Shown: one piece after another, positions 1 to 32,900 of the stretch
Numbering within the stretch: the stretch's first letter is position 1
Layout: the number at the start of each line of letters is the position of its first letter
NCBI GenBank assembly: GCA_965153285.1
Contig: OZ229118.1
DNA length: 64,000 bases
Origin: Podarcis tiliguerta
Taxonomy: Eukaryota
Strand: one strand, 5' to 3'
The notes under the pieces: generated by a model
What the model saw: only the letters and a program-made list of their open reading frames with translations
The model's database searches: none
Told to the model about the DNA's origin: nothing
Made by a program: the position numbers and the translations under genes

Positions 1-270
1 CATTTGAATGGGAATGCCCATCAACTTTGTGGGGACCCAATCCCCTCAAATGTTCTATTGTGGGGGCAAAAGCCTCCACGGCCCCTAGGAGTTGGCTCCC
101 ATGTCCACCAGTATCTCCTCTCCTTTGTGGATCATCCATTCTTGAAATGGATAAATATCAGCAATTTAGCCAATGAAACATAATGTATAGGCTATGAGAT
201 CTTCCAAGAGGGTTCAGCCCATCACAAAAGTTAGGCTTCATGCTTCCTTGAGGGTTAACTGGCTAGTATG

Positions 271-572
271 ACCTATCCATTCTTAAGGAAATCAGCCCTG
301 AGTGCTCACTGGAAGGACAGATTGTGAAGCTGAGGCTCCAGTACGTTGGCCACCTGATGAGAAGAGAAGACTCCCTGGAAAAGACCCTGATGTTGGGAAA
401 GATGGAGGGCACAAGGAGAAGGGGACGACAGAGGACGAGATGGTTGGAATGTTCTCGAAGCTACCAGCATGAGTTTGACCAAACTGCGGGAGGCAGTGGA
501 AGACAGGAGTACCTGGCGTGCTCTGGTCCATGGGGTCACGAAGAGTCAGACACGACTAACCAACAACAACAA
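271..572 (+). mobile_element. BovB (RTE-clade LINE) 5'-truncated 3' fragment with (CAA)n tail
   Basis: Translates LRLQYVGHLMRREDSLEKTLMLGKMEGTRRRGRQRTRW, the BovB ORF C-terminus; 3' end gagtcagacacgact followed by caacaacaa. Confidence 0.9.
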
Positions 573-1964
573 TGCTTTTAGGTACAAAAACTTGCAAGGC
601 CCTTGATTAACCAAGCCTCTTGCAAATTTCTGAACCTGAAAGAATGTTAACAGGTGTGCAAATATCCCTTCCCTAACTAGATTTGAAGGCATAGGTATTC
701 AACAAGTGGGGGCATAGAACAGGTTGCTGGCCTCAATTATGGCTGGATGATTTCTACAAACTGCAATGATTTGGCACGGCCGAGGGAAGTGTGGGAGGCA
801 CGGGTAAAGTGGGTTGGCAGGGGGTGGGATGTCGTCAGGATTAAGCAGCCCATTAGACTATTTTGAGCTAGAGTAAAAGTTAAAATAGCACATTCCTGAC
901 TGCCGCAGTATAAAAATCTAACTTAAGGAAGGAACCATCCAGTAGCCAAGCCCACCCTGCCTATTACATCAAACTCAAATTCCCAAATAAACCACTCTTT
1001 GCAAGACTTCAACAACAAAACCACAGCAATAACACCTGCTTTTAAAAGTATTCTGTTGCTTTTTCACATGTAACAAACATAATTTAAAATACAATAAGCG
1101 ATAGCAGCTAGTCTGTCATTTATTGGAAAAAAGGAGTAACAGTTAGAACCCATTTATAATGTCTATTAGAGACTTGAATCCAGCAGGTCTCTCCAGATGT
1201 TTTGATGGGTCTGGGCAGTGATGTAGAAGGATAAAGGACTCATCTTGCCTCTGGTCACTCTGATCGGGCACATCAATTTCTCAGCCAAGGCAGTGGACCA
1301 CATCTGAGCATACTATGATTCTATTGCAGAATGCCAACCTTTAGCTATTTCTAAATGAACAACTACCAGCAAAAATGTCAGCATCTCCTGAGGAGATAAA
1401 TGTTGATTTGATTCATCTATTATTCCCAGCAGGGCTAACAAGGGAGTTGGAGATACCTGGGTTGTTTTGACATCTTTCTCAATTACCTTCTGATGCTCGC
1501 TGACCTTGGATTCTGTTTCTGTAGTATTCACAGTCTGCAAGTTGCTTATTAAGTTTTACTTCAGAGTCTTCAATTTCTCTCTAGGTCATTCTTTGATTTC
1601 CCATGACTTACTGAATGTAATTAAAATTATTTAACTTGAAAGTACAGTTTGATGTGTTTGGCAAAAGCAATTACTTTTAAAACTTATTTTATTTTCCAGC
1701 ATAGTGAACATCTGCCTCACAGGATGCAGCTAATTTTGGATGCTACTCTGTTGCGAGGATGGCAGCAAATGAATCTTACTTCTCTGCCACCACAGAGTCA
1801 GCGCAGCGCCAGCCAGCAAAGCTTTTTTGAGTGGTTAGGGGCTTATCATATCTGAACCAAGAAAGAATCCTTGGAGGCCTGCTGTGACCAACACTTTGTT
1901 GAAAGTTGCTGACATCAATTCTAATTTAGGTTCTACCCTAAGACTGTGAACACACCATACATTT

Positions 1965-2340
1965 CCATACCCTCCAACATTTCTCCAATGAAAATAGGGA
2001 CATCCCATTCTGTAATGATAATTTTACTATTTATATGCCACATTTATATCTTATTGGGTTGCCCCATCATTCTGGGCAGCTTCCAACATATGTAAAAACA
2101 TAATAAAACATTAAACATTTTTTTTAAAAAACTTTCTTATACAGTACAGGATTCAGACGGCTTGTGGGTTGGATAACTCTATACCCTCCAACATTTCTCC
2201 AGTGAAAATAGGGACATCCTACCATACCCTCCAACATTTCTCCAATGAAAATAGGGACATTCCGGGATCAAATCAGAAACCGTGGCGGCTTCTCTAAATC
2301 AAGGACATCCCTGGAAAATAGAGAAACTTGAAGTGACTGT
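1965..2340. repeat. Composite repeat with three ~40-bp direct copies (1965-2005, 2181-2219, 2222-2260), probable non-autonomous DNA transposon
   Basis: ATACCCTCCAACATTTCTCCA(A/G)TGAAAATAGGGACAT occurs three times; degenerate inverted end near 2325-2340. Confidence 0.6.
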
Positions 2341-3084
2341 ATTTCTGTGACTGTGTATTCTAGCCAATGTAGGCTTTACAACTGCCATAGAGAAAACAGC
2401 AGTATTTAGAGGTGTTAGACCAGTGCTTGGAAGCAGAGACGGGTTGGATGTAGGTAAGTAAACAGAAGCTGAATCCTGAAAAGACAAGAGATCTTATGTA
2501 TCCCAAGTTCTCATGCTTGGGAGGTGGGTACAAATCAACTACTTGGGCTGCTCTTGGATTCAACACTGTCCCTGGAGGCTCAGGTGGCCTGAATGGCTAG
2601 GAATGCCTTTTCCCACCTCCAACTGGTCTGCCAGCTGCAGCCTATTTTGGACAGAAATTACTTGGCTGCTATATGGGGACTAAGGAAAAGCCACAGAGGC
2701 CTGTTCTTGTCCTGTTTTTTTTTTTTGTTCCCCTAACTGATTGCCATTTTGCTTCTGTAAAAAACTGCTTGCTTTAGCATTTAGGAGTGTGAGCCACAAA
2801 TATGTGAAGACCAGATAACGTTGCTAGGCGATTTTCAGGAAAACCTCCCTCTGCCAGGCATCTCTCCCCTTCAAGGTCTCCAGGCAGGGTGTCCTGTTTT
2901 GATCAGCGAAAGGAACCTCAAAAGGGGCAAAGGAAGGGGGGATGCTTATAAAAAGTATGAACAAAGGCTATTTGGGGCGGTTTCGCCATCGCACTCAGCT
3001 GAATAAACGAGTGATTATGGGAGACCAAGGCAGCTTGGGCCTGATTAGCAGACCCCAACAGCTATACTCCATCTTTTGGTAACT

Positions 3085-3350
3085 TCGAGACTGGATAGTT
3101 GCAATGTGCTCTAATAGCGGGCTACCCTTGAAGACGACTTGGAAACTTCCAACTGATCCAAAATGCAGCGGCCATATTACTGGCTGGGATCCTCTTTAGA
3201 TTTCATATAAGCTGTTTTAAAACAGCTACACTAGTTCCCAGTTCATTTCCAGGTCCAATTCAAGGTGCCCCAAATAGCTCAGGCCCCAAATATTTGAAAG
3301 GCCACCTCTTTCCCTACAGAGACTCTTGGGTGTTAACAGAAGTGGCCCTC
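3085..3350 (+). mobile_element. Degenerate L2-type LINE fragment
   Basis: Resembles the RLDYCN..GLPL..QNAAA segment of the L2 copy at 61.5-62.9 kb. Confidence 0.6.
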
Positions 3351-4705
3351 TTGATAATTTTGCAGCTTTCTATGCTCCTATGCATTGGAAAACACATGAA
3401 ATGATCAGCTTCAAATGTTTTAAGCACTGGTCTTTAACTGGTGATGTGGGGCTCACTGTAGTTCACCTCTTTCTCTAAAGTGGGTCATAGGATTGGTGTT
3501 ACTTTTTTGTTTCTTTTAGCAAGGTGCCTACTTGACCGAAATAAGGACAGGTGATCTGTAACTTTAATAATTTAGAAAAGGGAATTTCAGCTTGTCCTGC
3601 TTTCCCCACCCGAAAATTGCATCTCATGTTGCAAACTCTAGTTAAATGTATGGTCAGGATTATATTATTTTAAGGCAGCAGCTCCCCAGATTTTTTGGGA
3701 CTCCAGTTTCCCTTACCCATGACCATTGGCCAGGCTGAAGGGAGCTGGAATCCCATAAAAGCTGAAAACCCCCTTTATCGAAATAAGAAATGCATTGCTT
3801 CCCCCACGCTTCCTGTCTTTAAAAACGAACAAACTCCGGCAGGCTTTCGCTTTCTTTTGCGGTGTTTTTAATGTGGCGCACTTGATATATCTGCTGTCCC
3901 CGTTTCGCTTTCACATCGGATCGTTGTTTTATATTGTTGTTTTTAATCCTCAAGTTGCTGTATTTTAGTTATCTGAGAGATGCGCTACAGCAGCAGGCCG
4001 GAGGTTCGCAAATAAAATAAAAGCAATACTGTACCAGCATTTTACTAAAAAATAAAAATAAAAAAAATGGCAGGCACTCAAACAGATCCTGGCACGTGCC
4101 TTCAACATCATGTGCGAAAACGTCCCAATGTGCGCGTCCAATGCTTATCCCGCCTTCCGCCCCGCTCCCAACGCGCGAAAAGAACGAACCCGTGCCCTCC
4201 CCGCTACTCAAATGACGCACACACAGTCCCCGCCCTTCCCTCGTTGATTCCGGAATCGCGCTCACACACGCGCGCGCGGCCCCAAATCCCTCCTCCTCCG
4301 CCCTCACGCCAAAATAATCGCGGAGGCAGCGTCCCGTGCTGCCTCCTCTCTCTTCTCTTAGCCAATCAGAGTCCGTGTGCTGCGAGCGCCGGCGTCTCGG
4401 CTCCCCTTCCTCTCCCCCGCCTCCCCGCCCTCGAGAGGCTGTCTCGCGAGACTCGAGAGCCGGCTCTGTTCCTGGTTGGTGGGATAGCGCTGAGAAAGCC
4501 GGGGCGGCAGCGGCGAGAGGGGGCCGTGGGAGAAGAAGAAGAAGAACAAGAAGAATAAAAGAAGAAGGACCGGCCCGAGTCGCGCGGAGCGAAACTAGCG
4601 GCGAGACCCGTCCTTATATATACATATATCAATATATAAGCGGCGGAGTTTTCGAGCCAGGCCTCCTCTTCTCCCTCCGCCCGTGTGTGGACGGGGGTAT
4701 CCATT

Positions 4706-26275
<21,570 letters not shown>

Positions 26276-26434
26276 ATTCTAAGTTCTTATCACTAACTTT
26301 AAAGTAGTTCTTTAATTTTACGGGTCTTCATAAGATGTACTGTACAATTCTCAACTATTATGTCATTAAAGGACATTGGGTTCATGTGTTTACTTACTGA
26401 ACTAGAAGAATAGTAATGTAGTTTCACTTTTTTA

Positions 26435-26484
26435 AATAAAACAGCTGTGCTGAACTTTTTTTTACCATTAACACTTGAAATAAA
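26435..26484 (+). terminator. Candidate SMARCA5 polyadenylation signals (AATAAA at 26435 and 26479)
   Basis: Two canonical hexamers 160-200 nt after the stop, followed by T/GT-rich sequence. Confidence 0.6.
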
Positions 26485-26685
26485 AAATAGGCTTCATTTA
26501 CTGGTCACTAACTTTTTTATATGTTGTCCCTTTCTTTCTGCATGAATAGTGTTGAAACTCATGGCTCAAGATTTGTTGGGTTCAGAAGTAGCAACAGCGG
26601 CTTTTACAGTTGTCTATTTTAACAGAGACAGAGATAAACCTAGAGGTGCTGCCACTAATTGTTAATGTGGGGTAAGTTATTCAAA

Positions 26686-26910
26686 GAGAGCCAGTGTGGT
26701 AGTCTCGTAATCTGGGGATCCGGGTCCGCGTCTCCGCTCCTCCACATGCAGCTGCTGGGTGACCTTGGGCCAGTCACAGTCTCTCAGCCCCACTCACCTC
26801 ACAGAGTGTTTGTTGTGGGGGAGGAAGGGAAAGGAGAATGTTAGCTGCTTTGAGACTCCTTGAAGCGAGTGAAAGGCGGGATATCAAATCCAAACTCTTC
26901 TTCTTCTTCT
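26686..26910 (+). mobile_element. Squamate CORE SINE (Squam3-like) with (TCT)n tail
   Basis: gagccagtgtggt head, gtgaccttgggccagtcac core, tcttcttcttct tail. Confidence 0.75.
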
Positions 26911-27090
26911 ATACTGGATGTAAGAAATAGGCAAAGAAAAATCTCAAAGGTAAGTCCAGTTCATGAGAGCTCTGTTGTATTCACTTACATGCAAACATCT
27001 TTTGCAGTGGTTGTTACTGATTGCTTCATGACTGTTGTACAAACTAGGCTTTCTTAACTTAGTTTGAACTGACCAGCTTAATTTTCAGGG

Positions 27091-27124
27091 GTAAGAATAG
27101 TAAGAATAGCGTAAGAATAGTAAG
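27091..27124. repeat. Short tandem repeat (GTAAGAATA)n, about 3.5 copies
   Basis: Directly visible. Confidence 0.8.
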
Positions 27125-29392
27125 GAGACAAGTAATTCACACAAAAAAGTATGAAAGAAAAAAACCTTTATAAAACGTTTTGGCAATTTCACAATGAAAA
27201 GTGTAAGGTTACAATTATAAGAACGACTAAGCGACAGGACAATTCAATGATAACGTTTCAGTGCTTGCCTGAATTGGCTTTGCTCATATCTGGAAAACAA
27301 GTAGCATAAGCATATTGCAGAAATATACAACAGTGTCAAATGCATGTTTTAATGCTTATATCTCTGATTCCATAAACAGCAAGAAAGGAGCTGGTCAGTA
27401 ACAGGTCACACAGAAGGTGAGGTAATGAAGGAATACTTGCATTTTAGTCCCTTTCAGTAACTTGGGATACTGAAGCAGATGTTTCAACAATACAGAGACT
27501 GGGTTGATGGGACTTGCTGGATTAATTTGCTTTGCCCTCCCTTGCACTCTGGAAGAAACAGGTAGGCAGGAGGAGCAGCCCCTCTACCTTAGTTTAAAAT
27601 GCATAGCATCAATTACTTCCAAGCAAGCTTAGAGAATTGTACTGTAAGTCCTGAGTTCAATGGGGTTTGCATCTTACACAAACAGGTATAGGATTGTGGG
27701 CTTTGTCAATGGTTGCTGCAGTCTACTGGGCCACAGTGGCTAAATGAAGTATCTGAGGTCAGCTGCCATAGTAAAACTCAATTTCCATGTTTGGAGGGCT
27801 AGCCTGTAGCCCTACCATATTGTGTATGCTCTCTAGGCTGTAGAAGGCAGATTTATCAATTGACAGCTTTCCCATTTCAGTTTTATCACTTAGGTTTTTT
27901 TTTTAAACAACACTATTTACAGTTATGTGCTTTGGGGGGTTGTAAAGTCAATAAGGAATTTTTAATTAATTGCATATATGTTTGTTTCTTTTGTGATGCA
28001 AACAAGTATCAGGGCACAAAGTACCTCCTGAACGAAAAAGCAAATACTTCTAAAATAGGCACTGTTAAAAAATCTGACCAATTAAGCAAAATAAAACTTA
28101 GTGAAAACGTCTCATAAAAATTGACTTGCTTTTGAGTAAACATGCATAAAATTCTGCATATTTGAATTTTCTGTGAACAGACCTTGTCTAAACCCATTAT
28201 CTTAGCTGTAGGCAATTCTCAGCAGAAGATTTATACATGAAATTTACAAAAGCTGCATGTAGAATAAATGAATCTTTAACTACATTTTTTAGTGTTATAT
28301 ATACTCATTGGCAAACTGAGATGGTTGCTGTATTTAGTTGTCATGGACAACTTACAGCAATTTGAGTCTGTCAGATGCTGACCAGTGCCAAATATTGTTT
28401 CAAAAATGTGGGCAAAGGTAAAGGGTTACCTGACATAGAACAGAACAGCCTGAACCACATAGTGCTGATTCACACAAATAAGAAACCATGCAGTCTAGCT
28501 TCCTCGTCCCAAGCATTAGAAAACATGCTTCGCACAACCCTTTTACCAAAGCATTTGGTGGTAATGATTCCAAGCTCCTTTACTGCAGTGGCTGCATTTG
28601 ATGGTTTAGAGATTACATAGTTGGATTAGTTATTTTGCTCAATGAATCTGACAACAAATTATAGGATATAAATGTCTTAAGTTATTCACAATATCTTACA
28701 AAATTTGCCAAACTAATGGACATTTTACTAACTGCAGGCAGACAAAAGGAAGGGCCATCTAGTAATGATTTAGGGTTATTGTAAAAGGCATGATAAAATA
28801 CTAAGGAATACCTGTTGGTAAAACCATTTGGGAAATACTCTTTAAATTAGCTTTCCATTTTTTCCAGTGTATCTCTCAGCCACTCGGACAGCACAATTCT
28901 GCTCTGAGATTTAATTACAGATACTTTTCTTCTACCCTATCTCATTAAAATCTGACCCCTTCTCCCTCACACCACCCCTTTCCATATACAAGACAGATAT
29001 AACTAGACATCATACAAGTTAAACAAAAAGGAAATCAATATCCCTTTGAGGAGCACCAGGCTTTCATGATGGTAGGTAAGGCACATTAATAGCTGCTAGC
29101 TGATGATTTATCTTTTTTAGCACCATTTGAAGAAGAAAGGGGGAAAGCTAAGTTTATTCCAGGAATCCATCCTGTTTTCCTGGGTAGGTGGGGAGGAAGT
29201 TAAGTTATAAATAAAGCACTCACACTTCTACACACTTCATCTTGTTTGCTACACTTTTTGTATGCTGGAATCTCACACAACCTAGCACCAACACGGCAGC
29301 TCCCAAGTCTGTGCAAACACAGCCCCCCAATACCAGTTTTTATGATGAAATGAAGTATCTTCAAACGACAACCCTCACCTTTGTGATGTAAT

Positions 29393-29923
29393 TTAGACTT
29401 CAGAGCTATCACTGCTGCTGTGCCGCGTGGTCACAGTTTCATTACTGCTGGAATAGCCAGTGCAGGAATTTGCTTTCCCATTAGTAGAACGTCTCTTTCT
29501 CTTCAATAGGAAGATGATAATCAAAACTGTGCTGATCAGAAGCAGCAGCCCAGCTGCACCTCCGACAATAGGTACAATCCTGTCTTCCATGTCGCTTCCA
29601 GTAATTTCCAGGACTGGCTTCTCATATGGTTTACCTGGCGGGGACCAATCTTTCTGCTCAATAACAATTTTGTTAGACCGGTCAAGAGCTATGTGCTGGA
29701 TGTTGGTGCCTCTATTCTTATCTGCACTGATATCTTGCGCAAGCGTAGGAGCATCCGAGATGGCTCTCCGACTGCGCACAGAATGTGTAGCACCTGGGAT
29801 TCCACTGGCTGAAGATAGAAAGTGATGGTACTCGACACTTCTCTTTCCAAGGCCTCTGTGGGCATTCTCACGTGACCGAACCATGTAGATAGTGTGGATG
29901 TACCATTCTCGACCTGCTGCTAC
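29393..29923 (-). CDS. FREM3: FREM3 last coding exon ([10 protein letters not shown]; furin-like sites, TM helix, PDZ ligand DSSEV*)
   Basis: acag acceptor; hydrophobic helix at 29504-29578 followed by KRKRR; TAA at 29393-29395. Confidence 0.93.
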   Translation of the reverse strand, partial: VAAGREWYIHTIYMVRSRENAHRGLGKRSVEYHHFLSSASGIPGATHSVRSRRAISDAPTLAQDISADKNRGTNIQHIALDRSNKIVIEQKDWSPPGKPYEKPVLEITGSDMEDRIVPIVGGAAGLLLLISTVLIIIFLLKRKRRSTNGKANSCTGYSSSNETVTTRHSSSDSSEV

Positions 29924-32900
29924 CTGTTAAATTAAAAACACACATGACAACTTTAAGCAAAATTAAGTTGCTAAATGCCTCCTAATCTCTCTCGGGCTCA
30001 ATATTTCAAATATGACTGTCTCCCAGAGTACTGCTCCTGACATAAAAATAACATGACACTGCTATTTACAATGCTTTAACAACATAGTATGTAAACATAA
30101 AACATGTTTTGTATACAGTCCCTTGATTTAAGATGGAATGTTTACAATCTATTCCAGGAGGTATTTGAAGGTGAGGTTATGCATCCCTTGATCAATAACA
30201 TTTAACTGTTTTATTTATTTAGTTCCACTGCCATGAAAAAAGATTTCATCATTAATAGGTTTGGATTGATGGTGCCAAAAATTGTCTTTCGTGTAAATTT
30301 ATATGACAACGAAGAAAGCAAAAAGCGTTTTTGACAAAATTCCCAGAACATGTTTTTAAAAAAATCACTGTTATGCATAAAGCTGCGTTTTGAAAAACTG
30401 CAGGAGTTTTGAAAAATACCTTGCTAGTTAGGAAGTTAGTTTCCAACATAGAAAAGTGCTGGAACAATATTGCTCTCAGAGGTTACCTGGAATAGCGGAG
30501 TCGACAACATGCTGAATCCATCAGACCCTGGCTGCTTTACCAAAGGATAACCATCTATGTGATCAACAGCAAGTTTTGCATTGAAGGCCATATTTCCAAA
30601 CACTTTTGCCTGGGTATCAGGCTGAGCTTTATCCTAGAAGACAAAGAAACCAACACATTATTACATTCAGGATTTAAAACTTCTTGTATTAAGACTGTGC
30701 TGTACTGTACTATGGTACATACCAGAATCTTGAATCTGTATAAGAGAGAAGGGGAGTCGGCTAGGCAACCATATTCCTTGTTATCTGGACTGTACTTGGG
30801 GACATACCCGTCAGCCCCAGTGCACAAAAACACCTTCTCAATGTTACAGATGAAAGAATCTCCTAAATTCTGGACAGGATCCACCATGACACGACCATAG
30901 ATTTCAGAGCCTAGAAATATTTTTAGAAAAAGTTATTTAGGAATACCACTGATACCCCTTACCTTCAAACGCAATCAGACCCCATAGGGCAGACAGTAGA
31001 AGAGTAATAATATACAATATAGAAATAATTAACATTAATTATTTTTGTTACAATAAATGTAATTAAAAACATACAATAAAATAAAATGTGTACTACTTTA
31101 AATAAAGCCCGGTATCCCAAAACACAGCATAAACACTTTTAATGCTCCAAAGATCTCAATATTTCTTAGAAGTTTTGGGGGGGAGAGAATGTTTTCCCCT
31201 GATACCTAAGACAGGCACCCTGTGAACATCTCTGGGAAAGCATTCCAGAGGGGAGGAGCCACCACAAAAAACACCTTTGCATGTCACCATCTGCTGCACT
31301 TCAGAAAGCAGAAGTACCTGGAGAGAAGTCTCAGATGAAAATGTGAACTGATAAAGGAGAAGGCAATCCAACAGACATCTAGGTCCTCTGCTCCGTTTTT
31401 TAAAAGGCCAAAACAAACCAGGCGCCAATGGAGTTGTTGCAAGGTAGGCTCTATTAATGTGACTTCCATTAGCAGGTGAGCCACAGTATTTTGAACTAGC
31501 TGCAAGTTATGAACCTTTGGCCCTTCAGCTGTTGCTGAACTGCAACTTCTACCACCTCTGACTATTGGCTACACTTGCTGGGGTTGGGAGTTGACGTTAA
31601 GCAACATCTGAAGGGCCAAAGGTTCCTCACACCTTGTCTAGAAAGCATGGGTAACTGAGGTCAGAAACCAGGAACCCTTAAGTCTCTGTTGGTGCTGTAA
31701 GTATCCAGCTGAAACCACTGCATTTCTGATACCAAAGTTTGGGGCTCTTTTTTTATTAGTGAAAATGTTTGAATACATTCTTTTCATAACCTCTCCCCTG
31801 CACCCCGCCCCCAGTTGTTAACTGGACCATTTGTATCTCGTAACTTCACCAAAATATTGCTCTTGCACAGAATTTGAATTAAGCATTCTGAGAATCTCCT
31901 ATTTTGTACATACGCAAATTTGTAGGCTTCTTGTCAGCAAAGTTGGACTTTAAAATGTGCAAGTGATGTCTGCTAAAAAGAAACCAGAGCAGAAAAGGAA
32001 GTGGTGCTTCAAGAGACTACTTCTTGCCCCCCTGTCAAGCAGAATAAAATTGTTCATAATACAGTGGTACCTCTGGTTACATACTTAATTTGTTCTGGAG
32101 GTCCGTTCTTAACCTGAAACTGTTCTTAACCTGAGACACCACTTTAGCTAATGGGGCCTTCCGCTGCCGCTGCGCCACCAGAACACGATTTCTGTTCTCA
32201 TCCTGAAGCAAAGTTCTTAACCCGAGGTACTATTTCTGGGTTAGCGGAGTCTGTAACCTGAAGCGTATGTAACCCGAGGTACCACTGTAAAGCAATTGTG
32301 CTCAATTTGCATGATGTACCCAATGGTGCTAACCTTACTTGGTTAGCAAAGTAACTTTGCAATCAGGGTGGTAGAATCAGGCTTTCACTTACTGTGCTCA
32401 CTAATGTTAAAATGAATTTGCACAAGCTTATCTTGCTAAATGACTTCACATCAATCCTAGTTAAGCGTTCTCTCTGCATTTCTCAGAGATACAACCATCT
32501 TGTCAAGACTTGTTGAGTGCAACCCCACTTTTCCTCACCAGGGGGCAACCCATATCCAACCACACAAGCCTAGGGAGTTCTGCATAATAGATGTTAATTA
32601 AGTACTGATCAAACAGATGGTTTTGTTTTCCTAGCAACAGTTAGGGTACGCAACGCATTATGAACACTATGAATCCTACTTTCTAATAGCAATTTCATTC
32701 AGGGGCACTTTGTTCAATAACTTTCAAACTCAAGAAATTGTTCTTAAATACAACCACCCTTTAAAACACCCTTGAAGCCTAACCAGAATTATTTTTCCTG
32801 GTAACTTTTATTAAAGCATCTTCTTCCTTCAAAATACACCTCCTTTTTCTATTCCCTTTTCACGTTCTCAACTATGAAATCATAGCATTAGTCAAAGGTG

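Noticed and set aside
1965-2260. Three ~40-bp direct repeats as a CRISPR-like array
   Set aside because: Vertebrate DNA, very irregular spacers (about 175 and 2 nt), no cas genes
29460-29825. 121-aa + strand ORF
   Set aside because: Antisense shadow of the FREM3 last exon
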